A model generated the notes under the pieces. That model ran no database searches and had not been told where the DNA came from. It worked only from the letters and a program-made list of their open reading frames with translations. A stretch of DNA of 64,000 nucleotides, taken from the NCBI GenBank assembly GCA_030836155.1, contig JAURQI010000134.1:17639-81638 (forward strand). The letters are read 5' to 3'. Position numbers and translations under genes: made by a program. This DNA comes from Crocinitomix sp. Its GTDB lineage: Bacteria > Bacteroidota > Bacteroidia > Flavobacteriales_D > Crocinitomicaceae. Shown in pieces: positions 18,706 through 29,010 of this stretch (within the stretch, counting starts at the first letter, position 1; the number at the start of each line of letters is the position of its first letter).

Positions 18706-20205
18706 TTATTCTCCTTTGTTTGGAAGGTAATATAAAACCACTCTATTTTCTTTTGTGAAATAAGTTTTGGCAACGCGTTGAATATCTTCCTTGGTGACGG
18801 CTAAATATTTGTCTAATTCTGTATTGATTAACTCCGTATCGTTTTCATATACATGATAGTCAGCGAGCGCTTCAGCGATTCCCGCCATTGTTGAATATGA
18901 GGAAACAAAACGGCTTTCAATCATATTGCGCAATTTTTCCATTTCACGATCGGTTATCAATTCGGCCTGCAACTTCTCCACTTCTTTTTCAATTGCAGCT
19001 TCTAATTCGCCTGGATCAACACCCATATTTGCGATCGCGAAGTTGATAGCCAAACCAGGGTCTTCGAGTTGAAAAGGGAAAGAATAGGCTCCTAAGGCCA
19101 ATTGTTGATCATCTACCACATTTTTCACTAATCTTGAACTATTGCCATCAGCCAAAATCATCGTTAATAATTCAACAGCATGTTTGTCCTTGTGCATTAG
19201 CTCAGGCGTTCGATACGCCATCATCACTGCGGGTAATTGAATATTATCGTAGATGGTATCTCTTACTTCTTTTTTTAATAGCCCCTCATTAACCGATGGT
19301 CTCGGAACTTCGATCGGTTTACTGCTTGCCTTTGCAAAGTATTTTTTAATGAATGCTTCTGTTGATATTTTACCATGGTAGTCTTCTCCAAATTCTGAAG
19401 CAGTCGCTTGTGGCCCAACGTAAGTTCCGTATTTATCCATAAACGATGAAAAATCTAAAAACTCTTTGTCACGGTAGATGTTCAGTTTTTCGCCGTTTGG
19501 AATAGATGCAAAATAAGCATCAATCCATTTTTTGGTTTGAGCAATGTCAATATCGCCAGCTATGGATAAGGTCACGTTATGTGGCACATAAAATGTGCGA
19601 TAAAAATTCACATAATCTTCTTCTTGAGCAGCATCTAAATGCTCCATACTTCCAATTGGAATCCATTGGTAAGGATGCTCATTATACGCTCTTCGAAAAA
19701 CCTCGTACATAAACGAACCATAAGGTTGGTTGTCCATACGCTGACGTTTTTCTTCTTTTACAACTTCGCGCTGTGTCTCGATTCCAACATTATCTACTTT
19801 GGCGTGTAACAAACGTTCTGACTCTAACCACAAACCAAGTTCTAGCTGGTTCGAAGGCAATAACTCATAATAAAACGTTCGGTCATGAGAAGTGTTTGCA
19901 TTGAGTGTTCCACCAGCTCGTTCAACATACTTATCATATTCATGTCGATCGATGTTTTCCGTTCCTTCAAACATAAGATGTTCAAAGAAGTGAGCAAATC
20001 CAGTTCTATTTGGGTTTTCGTTTTTTGACCCCACTTTATACATCATTGTCACTGCGACAATTGGTGTGGTATGATCTTCGTGTAAAATAACATGGATTCC
20101 ATTGTCCAAATCATATTCTACATATTCAATTTTTCGCCGTTCTTGTGCGAAACCAACCGCTGATAAAATAACAGCTGCTGATAGTAACCAATGTTGTAAT
20201 TTCAT
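18706..20205 (-). CDS. M16 family zinc peptidase, catalytic subunit
   Basis: GFAHFFEHLMF (HXXEH); NANTSHDRT; WLESER; EVVKEEKRQR. Confidence 0.92.
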   Translation of the reverse strand: MKLQHWLLSAAVILSAVGFAQERRKIEYVEYDLDNGIHVILHEDHTTPIVAVTMMYKVGSKNENPNRTGFAHFFEHLMFEGTENIDRHEYDKYVERAGGTLNANTSHDRTFYYELLPSNQLELGLWLESERLLHAKVDNVGIETQREVVKEEKRQRMDNQPYGSFMYEVFRRAYNEHPYQWIPIGSMEHLDAAQEEDYVNFYRTFYVPHNVTLSIAGDIDIAQTKKWIDAYFASIPNGEKLNIYRDKEFLDFSSFMDKYGTYVGPQATASEFGEDYHGKISTEAFIKKYFAKASSKPIEVPRPSVNEGLLKKEVRDTIYDNIQLPAVMMAYRTPELMHKDKHAVELLTMILADGNSSRLVKNVVDDQQLALGAYSFPFQLEDPGLAINFAIANMGVDPGELEAAIEKEVEKLQAELITDREMEKLRNMIESRFVSSYSTMAGIAEALADYHVYENDTELINTELDKYLAVTKEDIQRVAKTYFTKENRVVLYYLPNKGE

Positions 20206-20281
20206 AAATGATTTTTTTGATCGCTACAAAAATAGTCATGTTTTGAAATAATCTTAGTTTTGATAGGATAATTGGTAGAAT

Positions 20282-21112
20282 ATGAAGTTAAAAGGTATTT
20301 GGTTGATATGGATTGGTTTATTATCCAGCGCCGCTTGGAGTCAGATCGATTCTTTAGAGTTAAACACGCGCCATTTTTATGCCGCTTTGAATAAGGGGGA
20401 TTCTTTGGGAATTGCAACTTATTTTCATCACTCGGCAACAATAAGTCATGTAGGCCAAGAAGATGCTTTTACCCTGTCCTTAAGCGATTTTTTAGGCGTT
20501 GCACCAAAGTTTAAGAGTGATTTTTTTAGCGAAGAAATCACTAGGATGGAACTCAAAAAATATGCATCGGGTTTGTGTTATGTGGATGTGTATTTTGATT
20601 TTTACATTGAAGGTTCTTATGCTCATAGCGGCGTTGATCATTTATGCTACACAACCATTAAAGGTGAATTAAAAATTGCTTCGGTTTATAGTTCAGAATT
20701 TGAAGAACCAAAATTAACGGAAATTTCGCCAGACTCATTGATGAACCAGTGGCATTTGGCTGCGGCGAATGCTAATTTCAATCAATATTTTGGATTCATG
20801 AATCAGGATTTTATCTTCTTGGGAACTGATCCAGGTGAACGATGGACAAAAGTGGAGTTCGCTGGTTTTTGTAAACCATATTTTGATAAAGGAAAGGCTT
20901 GGGACTTCAAAACAAATTGGCGCAATTGGTATTATTCTGCGGATGGACAAACAGCTTGGTTCGAAGAGTCGCTGGATACGTGGATGGAAGAATGTCGGGG
21001 TAGTGGGGTGCTTATCAAAGTGAATGGAGAGTGGAAAATAGCTCATTATAATCTCACTGTGTTAATCGAAAATGAAAAAATGGACGGATTTATCGAGTTG
21101 AGACAAAAGTAA
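20282..21112 (+). CDS. Exported protein with two NTF2/SnoaL-like domains
   Basis: Signal peptide; C-terminal WHLAAANANFNQYF...FLGTDPGERW...WKIAHYNL; N-terminal domain of similar size and pattern. Confidence 0.7.
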   Translation: MKLKGIWLIWIGLLSSAAWSQIDSLELNTRHFYAALNKGDSLGIATYFHHSATISHVGQEDAFTLSLSDFLGVAPKFKSDFFSEEITRMELKKYASGLCYVDVYFDFYIEGSYAHSGVDHLCYTTIKGELKIASVYSSEFEEPKLTEISPDSLMNQWHLAAANANFNQYFGFMNQDFIFLGTDPGERWTKVEFAGFCKPYFDKGKAWDFKTNWRNWYYSADGQTAWFEESLDTWMEECRGSGVLIKVNGEWKIAHYNLTVLIENEKMDGFIELRQK

Positions 21113-21152
21113 ATTCTATCTTTGAAAAACACTTAAACTTTCTTGACCTACT

Positions 21153-22163
21153 ATGTTGAAAATAGACATGCATTCACATATTCTTCCTCCTGAAATGCCA
21201 AATTGGACGGAAAAATTCGGATACGGCGACTTTATCTGGCTCAAACAACAAAAGCCTGGCTTGGCAGATATGATGAAAGGGCATAACTATTTCCGAACAA
21301 TTGAAGAAAATTGTTGGGATGAGCAAGTTAGAATCAAAGAATATGAAGAGTATAATACACAGGTGCAGGTTGTATGCACCGTGCCCGTTATGTTCTCATA
21401 TTGGGCAAAAGGCAAGGATACATTGGAATTAAGCCGATTTTTAAATGATCATATTGCAGATCTACAGGCCCGATATCCGAAGAATTATATAGGTTTAGGA
21501 ACGATTCCAATGCAAGATTCTGAACTAGCTATACAGGAATTACACCGATTAAAAAAGGAGCTCAATATCTCTGGAATTCAGATAGGTTCAAACGTCAATG
21601 ATAAGAACTTAAGTGAGCCAGAATTTTATCCGATTTTTGAAGCATGTCAAGAATTAGGTATGGCAGTCATGATTCATCCATGGGAGATGATGGGCTTTCA
21701 TAGTATGGAAAAATATTGGCTACCTTGGTTGGTTGGTATGCCTGCTGAGACATCAAGAGCGATGGCTTCACTAATTTTCGGAGGTGTCATGGAGCGCTTG
21801 TCAGATTTAAGAGTGCTGCTGTCGCATGCAGGAGGTTCATTTATACCGACGATTGGTCGAATAGAACATGGGTTTAATTGCCGACCTGATTTGGTTGCAA
21901 TTGATAATAAACGTAATCCTCGTGAGTATTTAGGTAAGTTCTGGACCGATTGCATTACACATGATATCGATCTTTTAAAATATATCCTCAAAGTGCAAGG
22001 TTCTGAAAAGGTTTGTTTGGGAACAGATTATCCTTTCCCTTTGGGTGATTTAGAAATCGGAAAATTCATTGAGGATAGTGACCTGCCGCAAAAGGATATC
22101 GAAAACATGTTCTGTAATTCTATTCTAACATGGTTAGATATGGATAAGGAGCGGTTTTTATAA
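21153..22163 (+). CDS. 2-amino-3-carboxymuconate-6-semialdehyde decarboxylase (ACMSD, amidohydrolase family)
   Basis: IDMHSHILP; HPWEMMG; WLPWLVGMPAET; AHAGG-like SHAGGSF; GRIEHGF; LGTDYPFPLG. Confidence 0.88.
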   Translation: MLKIDMHSHILPPEMPNWTEKFGYGDFIWLKQQKPGLADMMKGHNYFRTIEENCWDEQVRIKEYEEYNTQVQVVCTVPVMFSYWAKGKDTLELSRFLNDHIADLQARYPKNYIGLGTIPMQDSELAIQELHRLKKELNISGIQIGSNVNDKNLSEPEFYPIFEACQELGMAVMIHPWEMMGFHSMEKYWLPWLVGMPAETSRAMASLIFGGVMERLSDLRVLLSHAGGSFIPTIGRIEHGFNCRPDLVAIDNKRNPREYLGKFWTDCITHDIDLLKYILKVQGSEKVCLGTDYPFPLGDLEIGKFIEDSDLPQKDIENMFCNSILTWLDMDKERFL

Positions 22164-22311
22164 CCTCCAATAAACAAATCCTACCGTTTAAGTTTTAAGT
22201 GAGACGATTTACCCAAAATCCCGTCTTCTCTTTGTATATTGTGTTCAAACGTCAGTTTTTAAACCCCATAGTGGAGTAGAGCTGGTAATTTGTTTATTAT
22301 CAAAATCAACC

Positions 22312-24261
22312 ATGAAAAAACAATACTTCCTCTTATTATTATCCGCATTTTTTATTTCGAATTATAGTACTGCACAGGACAGACATGCCTGCTCTCGCTT
22401 AAAATCGCATCAAACGAACCATAACCGCTCAGCGAGGTTAAGTGATGAATATATCCTGACAACAAGATTGTATGACGTGACTTATTATGTTTTAGATATC
22501 AATCTAGAGCGTACTTCAACGGATATTTCAGGAACAGGATCAATCTACGCAACGGCTATTGCGGATATGGAAACCTTTCTTTTTGAATTATGGGATGATT
22601 TTACGATCTCTGAAATTCGCCTAAATGGAACGGATCCTGTCGCTTTTTCAAGAGATGAATCGGCTGTTATAGTTCCAGTTACTTTTACAGAAGGAGAGTC
22701 ATTCTATTTCGAAATTGATTACGAAGGAACACCACCAACTGGAGGGGGGCCTTTTGGAGGAGGTGGAATGAGTAATGACTCTTCACCAAGTTGGGGAAAT
22801 CAAGTGACTTGGAGTTTAAGTGAGCCATTTGCAGCTTATGAATGGTTTCCGGTGAAACAGTTATTGACTGATAAAGCTGATTCTGTTCGTGTAATGGTCA
22901 CAACTGATATAGAAAACATGGCAGGATCAAATGGTTTATTGCAAAGTGTTGAGGAAGTAGGTGGAGGAAAACACCGATTTGATTGGAAATCGAATTATCC
23001 GATTGATTATTATTTAATCTCTGTGTCTGTGGCCGAATATATAGAGTATACCATTTATGCAGAGCCAGATGGAGCGGAGCCGATTATGATCCAGAATTTT
23101 ATCTATGATAATCCCGGATGTCTACCTTACTTTGAAAGTGACATCGATGAAACGGCTGACTATTTAGAATATTATTCAGAGGTTTATGGCTTGTACCCTT
23201 TTCACGAGGAAAAATATGGGCATTGTATGGCTCCAATCGGAGGCGGAATGGAACATCAAACAATGACTACGCAAGGTTATTTTGTAAACTGGTTAACAGC
23301 GCACGAACTCGGTCACCAATGGTTTGGAGACAATGTAACTTGCGCTTCATGGGCAGATATTTGGATTAATGAAGGATTTGCTTCCTATTCGGAGGAATTA
23401 ATGATGGCTGAATTTTATCCCGGTGATGAGGTCGGCCACATGGCTGATCGTCACGATAATATCATGAGCTCATCAGGAGGTTCTGTTTATGTAGATGACA
23501 CCTTAAATGTTTCTCGCATATTTAGTGGCCGTTTAACTTATGATAAGGGTGCTGCCATCGTTCATACCTTCCGTTTTCTTATAAATGATGACGAAGTGTT
23601 TTTTGGAGTGCTCCGAGCTTTTCAAGAAGAGTTTATAGATGGAACAGCTACCGGTGAGGATTTTAAGAATGTAGCTGAGGCGGAATCAGGTATGGATTTC
23701 TCAACATTCTTTGATGAATGGTATTATGGTGAGGGCTATCCTACTTATTCTCTTGAATATGCGATGGTCGAAGACGAGATTGTGGTTGTTTTGAACCAAT
23801 TAGTTTCTATGCCAGGAGTAACGGAGTATTTTTCGAACGATTTGGAAATAGAAGTTGAAGGAGTTGAGGGATATACCGAAACATTTAGATTATCCGATTT
23901 AATTGAAGGTGAGGGTACATTTGTTTTTACATTCCCTGAAGAAGTAGATGACATCAATATTGACCCGAATAATTGGATAATTAATCAAGATGGATTTGTT
24001 GTTGAAAATATGGAACTCGCTAGTTTAATCGAGCAAGATGTTGAAATAGGTATTTATCCAAATCCGGCGAGTGATATATTGAATATTCGTTTAAATGAAT
24101 CACTGCAGAATACAAACTACACGATCTTAAATGATGCTGGTCAAATTGTATTAGAAGGACAGTTTAATAGTTCTGTCAATAGCATTGACATTTTTGAATT
24201 AGCTGCAGGTGTTTACCATTTGAGTGTTCTGAATCAGGATCGACCTTTTATTATAGAGTAG
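22312..24261 (+). CDS. M1 family aminopeptidase with T9SS type A sorting domain
   Basis: GGMEH; HELGHQWFG...WINEGFASY; YDKGA; C-terminal IYPNPASD...AAGVYHL. Confidence 0.92.
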   Translation: MKKQYFLLLLSAFFISNYSTAQDRHACSRLKSHQTNHNRSARLSDEYILTTRLYDVTYYVLDINLERTSTDISGTGSIYATAIADMETFLFELWDDFTISEIRLNGTDPVAFSRDESAVIVPVTFTEGESFYFEIDYEGTPPTGGGPFGGGGMSNDSSPSWGNQVTWSLSEPFAAYEWFPVKQLLTDKADSVRVMVTTDIENMAGSNGLLQSVEEVGGGKHRFDWKSNYPIDYYLISVSVAEYIEYTIYAEPDGAEPIMIQNFIYDNPGCLPYFESDIDETADYLEYYSEVYGLYPFHEEKYGHCMAPIGGGMEHQTMTTQGYFVNWLTAHELGHQWFGDNVTCASWADIWINEGFASYSEELMMAEFYPGDEVGHMADRHDNIMSSSGGSVYVDDTLNVSRIFSGRLTYDKGAAIVHTFRFLINDDEVFFGVLRAFQEEFIDGTATGEDFKNVAEAESGMDFSTFFDEWYYGEGYPTYSLEYAMVEDEIVVVLNQLVSMPGVTEYFSNDLEIEVEGVEGYTETFRLSDLIEGEGTFVFTFPEEVDDINIDPNNWIINQDGFVVENMELASLIEQDVEIGIYPNPASDILNIRLNESLQNTNYTILNDAGQIVLEGQFNSSVNSIDIFELAAGVYHLSVLNQDRPFIIE

Positions 24262-24270
24262 AGGTGCTTC

Positions 24271-24690
24271 TTACTTTTTCAAGCGACTTCCTATTTTGCC
24301 GCCGATCCAAGCCATCGGAAGGTAGGCGACAGCTAAATCCAATGCAGCAAACCATGTTGGTCCTGGTATCAAATAATTGACCATTATACCACCTGCTAAG
24401 AAGAAGAACCCGATGACAAACGCCAGTGTGATTTTGTATTTAACACCGAGTTTTGCAGCCAAGATGGCGCCAATTAAGGTGCCCAAGGCGTGCGCTAGAA
24501 AAGGAAATATGTAATGTTCTGCTTTCGCATTCACCATGGCCGCCGCAAAAGCCTCCATATTATTCGGATCAGCACCTTCTAATGGGAAAGCGATAGATCC
24601 CAATTCGATCAACCCCATATTAACAATGTTGCCAGCAATTAATCCGGCAAGTACGGCTAGAATATTTCTTAAGATGGGGTGCATAGGCAT
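24271..24690 (-). CDS. Hypothetical membrane protein (about 4 TM)
   Basis: Hydrophobic helices; FPFLAHALGTLIGA; TATATTTG box at 24711-24704. Confidence 0.7.
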   Translation of the reverse strand: MPMHPILRNILAVLAGLIAGNIVNMGLIELGSIAFPLEGADPNNMEAFAAAMVNAKAEHYIFPFLAHALGTLIGAILAAKLGVKYKITLAFVIGFFFLAGGIMVNYLIPGPTWFAALDLAVAYLPMAWIGGKIGSRLKK

Positions 24691-24730
24691 TTTATTGATG
24701 TATCAAATATAAGCAAAGAAAATTGTATGC

Positions 24731-24767
24731 AAAAAAAACGATCGTCTCAGAAGAAACGATCGTTTTT
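24731..24767 (-). terminator. Intrinsic terminator after the POT transporter genes
   Basis: AAAAACGATCGT...ACGATCGTTTTT; the plus-strand A8 gives the U tract on the minus strand. Confidence 0.85.
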
Positions 24768-24793
24768 GAAATATTTATTTAATGCTAAGCGAT

Positions 24794-26941
24794 TTAGCGT
24801 ACGCCGTGCATTAGTTTTTTGATAAGCGGGTTGAGTAAGATGATTAATACACCCGCTGCTGCTGGAATTATCGTGAATATTAAGAAGAAGGTAGACATAG
24901 AATATTCTTCTTGAATGGTTTCAATCATTCCTCCCAAAGATCCAGCGGCATAGTTACCGATGGCAATCGCGAGATACCACATCCCGAACATAAATCCAAT
25001 CATACGAGCAGGAACTAACTTACTCACGTATGAAAGACCAACTGGAGAAGAGCAAAGCTCACCTAATGTGTGGAATAGGTAAGCCAAGACTAACCAGATC
25101 AAACTAACTCTTGATCCTTCTTCCAAACCTTCTGAGCCGAATGCTAATACACCAAAACCAATGGCCATAATAATTAAGCCAAGACCATATTTGAGTGCGC
25201 CTGACGGGTTGTATTTGCTTTCCCACCATTTCGAAAACAATGAAGCAAAAGCAATAATAAAGAAGGAGTTAAGAATCGAGAACCAAGAAGTTGTAATTTC
25301 AACCTCGTTGCCTTTTATCTCACCTACAGTTCCCATAACAATTGGATTCTGTTTGTCAATGTGCTCTTTTAATTGCGCATCGATTTTCATTTTCTTTTTA
25401 TCATCTACTTATCGAAAGGCGTCTAATTCGAAGGTCGTCATGATCTCTGTACCTGGCTCGAATTGCTTGTATTCTCCCAATTTCAATGTTCTTGTTTCAA
25501 CAGTAGCGTTTGCGGGCATATTTTCTGCTAAACCGAGTGTAAGTGGGGTTTCATTGAATACAAGTTCTCCCGTTTTTTCATCAACAGCTTGTTCTCCACT
25601 TTCGTTGAGTTCAGGTGTAATGACATAGTCTATTGTAAATTCGTATGACTTCGTATTTAAATCACGGTTGGTTTTCCAAACCGCTAATCCCCATATACCA
25701 AGGAAACAAAAAGCTAAAATGATATTTGAAGTTTTAATGATATGCGATGAAGCTTTCCACAATCTAATCAATACCCATGTAATAATGAGTAATGGAACAA
25801 ATGTCAATAATAAGTCAACAACCAAAAATGCCGTTGCAGCTCCTCCTTCTAGTATTCGATCCGTAAAGTCTCGCGCAAAAATCACTAGTGAGCTCGCTCC
25901 TTGTTCAAAAGACATCCAAAAGAATACGGTAAAGAATGCAAAAATGACCACAGTAATCATCCGGTCTCTAACAATTCTGTCGTATCGCGCAATCCTACTG
26001 ATAACTAACGGAAGGAAGAATGTGACCAATCCAATGATAATGAATGTCATTTTAGCAGGAAGCACCTCTTCTCCATCAGAGACAATAGCAAAGAATTCAG
26101 GAATCAGCGGCATTCCGTTAATAGCGAATGGTCCATGTAATAAAAAGACCAATCCGAATATTGAAGAAAGTACCGTAAGTATTTTGTCGACCAAGGTAAA
26201 CGGGTTTCGCTTGTTCATACCTTCTTTTGGCTCTTCCGCCTCAGTTGGTTGAACTTTTGAAGTAGAAGCAATAACCTCTTTTGTTGTTTTGTCCGGTTTA
26301 GCGCCGATATCACCAAATAATGGTTTTGCAAACCAGAATTGAAGAAGTCCAAGTAACATAAAAATACCTGCTAGACCAAATCCCCAAGACCATCCGATTT
26401 TTTCAGCCAAGTATCCACAAAGCATCATACCGAAGAAGGCACCAGCGTTTACTCCCATGTAGAAGATCGTATAAGCTCCATCCTTTTTCTCAGGAAGATC
26501 TTCATACATTTCAGAAATGATTGAGGTCATGGTCGGTTTAAAGAAACCAGTACCGATGACCAAAAGGGCCAAACCTCCATAAAGAGAAGCTTCTGTCTCT
26601 AATGCCATTAAACCGTGACCTAAAGTCATAATAAGTGCACCAACTGCCACCGCATTTCTATAACCTAGAAATTTATCAGCTATAACACCACCTAAAATAG
26701 GTGTGATATATAATAAGCCTGCATAGGTGGCGAATAATGTTCCTGCGTTCTCAGCTGTCCATTCCCAACCTGGGTTGACACCAATGACCGCCATGGTAAG
26801 GAAATTAATTAGGAGCACGCGCATTCCATAAAATGAAAACCGTTCCCACATTTCCGTGAAAAAGAGTACAAACAATCCTGATGGATGTCCTAATACTTTG
26901 GACTTGAAAAAGTCTGCTCGTTGTTCTTTAGTTCCTTGCAT
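24794..26941 (-). pseudogene. POT/PTR peptide MFS transporter interrupted by one in-frame TAA (pseudogene or naturally split gene)
   Basis: EMWERFSFYGMR and FYMGVNAG in the 5' part; ...DAFR-TAA(25411-25409)-VDDKKK-MKIDA... stays in frame; 3' part has SWFSILNS and GELCSSPVGLS; 715 codons if read through. Confidence 0.85.
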
Positions 26942-26999
26942 ATTTACGATAAAATCAAATTCTTAACTACTATAAAAAATTATTTTCTATAAACTCTTC

Positions 27000-28811
27000 T
27001 TATTCAACATCTGCAATTTCAAATCCTTCAGCCTCTTCGTGCATGGTTTCTTCTTGATCTTCAGCACCATGTGTTAATTTTTTTAATCTTTTTAAGAATA
27101 CCAATAGCAATAAGCCAAATGCTACTGTATAAACAACAATCCACATGAATATTTTATATTCTTGTTGGTTCTGCGTTTCGTCCATTATAAAACTTACGGC
27201 ATAATCTTGTCCGTCTCCTTTATTTTCAGTTACTTTAATGGCTTCTTCATCTTTCTCAAACAGTAATTTTGCGTGCATAGGGTTTTCCGCTGTCGCTTCA
27301 AAATCTTTTAATTCTGCTTTGAGACTTTCCTTATTCTCTTCGTCAAAAGATATGATGTTAGCGATATCATTCTCCCCTTCGTGCAACTCGAAAACAATTT
27401 CTTCGCTAGCTGTAAGATATACGTCTGTTTTGAATTCGATATTTAAATCATGATTGATTGGGTAATCGTTGATTTTAACTTCTTCACCGTTTAAAACATA
27501 TTCATAATCAACTTTACCTGTAAGTTCATTTACCGTGTGGACTTCAGCAATTAAATCACCACTATACTTTTCTAATTGAGATGCCTCACCAATCGAACCC
27601 GCAAGTTTGTTTCCAAAGCCAGTCGCAGCAAAATAAAGCCCCATCATGATTGACGCATACTTTAATGGAGCTAGCTTTGTAATAAAAGATAATGATACTG
27701 GCGACGCGCACAATTCTCCAAGTGTATGCAATAAGTAGGCTAAGATTACCCAAATCATAGCTGCTTTTCCAAAAGGCTCTGCAGAAGCTTCTTTAGAGGC
27801 AAACATCATAAAGACAAAACCTAATCCCATAATAATGGTTCCGAGGGCCATCTTAAACAAAGAAGAAGACTCTTTTCCTGATTTTTTCCACCAAACCCAG
27901 AATCCAGCAACTACCATCCCGAGGAGGATAATATACCCAGCATTAAGACTTTGAAATACTGCAGCCGGAACTTCCCATGAGCCTATGAATCGATCCACCT
28001 TAACATCAGTGTATAAGTTCATTAAACCACCCGCTTGTTCAAAAGCAGACCAAAACACAATGATAATTAAGAACGAGAGGATCAAAACAATTACTCTGTC
28101 CTTTTCAATTTTAGAAAGAGGTTTTTTAGATGCCTCAATTACTTTTGGATCTTCCGATTTACCAATGAAGTTTCCAACATGCTTTAAATGTTTCAGCCCA
28201 GCCATGTATACAATTTGGCCTAATAACATTCCGATTCCAGCAAGACCAAAGCCAGCATGCCAGCCATAATAGTATGCTACCAAACCTACTGAAATCGAGG
28301 CTAGAAATGCACCAACATTGATACCAATATAAAATATTGTAAACCCTTTATCTCTTCTTGGGTCTCCATTAGGATACAATCCACCAACCATAGTGGAAAT
28401 ATTTGGTTTAAGACAACCAACTCCTAAAATAATTAAAATCAAACCTGTGAAAAAAGCTGTCTCAGATGGAATTGCTAACGTTCCGTGTCCTACACATAGA
28501 AGTAAACCTCCTATCAGTACAGTTTTCTTTTGTCCTAACCACTTATCCGCAATGATACCACCTGGAATGGACATCACATAAACCAACATGGTATACCAAC
28601 CATAAATCCATAATGCATCTCCCGTGTTCCAACCTAAACCAGGTCCTTCGTTAATTAGAGAAGAAGCTGAACGAGCAATGTAAATAGTCAACAATCCCCG
28701 CATCCCGTAATATGAGAATCGCTCCCACATTTCTGTGAAAAACAAAACATACAGTCCAACTGGATGTCCAAAAATGGTTTTCTCCGGTGCTGTAGCCGTA
28801 TTTGCGCTCAT
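27000..28811 (-). CDS. POT/PTR proton-dependent oligopeptide transporter
   Basis: GHPVGLYVLFFTEMWERFSYYGMR; GCLKPNISTMVG; FYIGINVG; GELCASPVSLS. Confidence 0.93.
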   Translation of the reverse strand: MSANTATAPEKTIFGHPVGLYVLFFTEMWERFSYYGMRGLLTIYIARSASSLINEGPGLGWNTGDALWIYGWYTMLVYVMSIPGGIIADKWLGQKKTVLIGGLLLCVGHGTLAIPSETAFFTGLILIILGVGCLKPNISTMVGGLYPNGDPRRDKGFTIFYIGINVGAFLASISVGLVAYYYGWHAGFGLAGIGMLLGQIVYMAGLKHLKHVGNFIGKSEDPKVIEASKKPLSKIEKDRVIVLILSFLIIIVFWSAFEQAGGLMNLYTDVKVDRFIGSWEVPAAVFQSLNAGYIILLGMVVAGFWVWWKKSGKESSSLFKMALGTIIMGLGFVFMMFASKEASAEPFGKAAMIWVILAYLLHTLGELCASPVSLSFITKLAPLKYASIMMGLYFAATGFGNKLAGSIGEASQLEKYSGDLIAEVHTVNELTGKVDYEYVLNGEEVKINDYPINHDLNIEFKTDVYLTASEEIVFELHEGENDIANIISFDEENKESLKAELKDFEATAENPMHAKLLFEKDEEAIKVTENKGDGQDYAVSFIMDETQNQQEYKIFMWIVVYTVAFGLLLLVFLKRLKKLTHGAEDQEETMHEEAEGFEIADVE

Positions 28812-29010
28812 ATTGTCATGATTCGGTTGAGCCCGTGAAATTAAATAATTATTAATAAATACACTAACCGTTCATCATTTAAATTCACATTATTTGATAA
28901 ATCATTTCATAATGAATGTTTAATGGGTTTAATTTGGATTCTGTTTCTGAATTATAGGGTCTTGTGCTAGAATCATTATCTTTGCCAATTATAATTCTCA
29001 AGATTACCAC

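Noticed and set aside
15883-25411. Alternative genetic code or stop-codon reassignment explaining the in-frame stops
   Set aside because: The two internal stops are different codons (TAG, TAA), and TAA, TAG and TGA all end intact conserved genes in this window.
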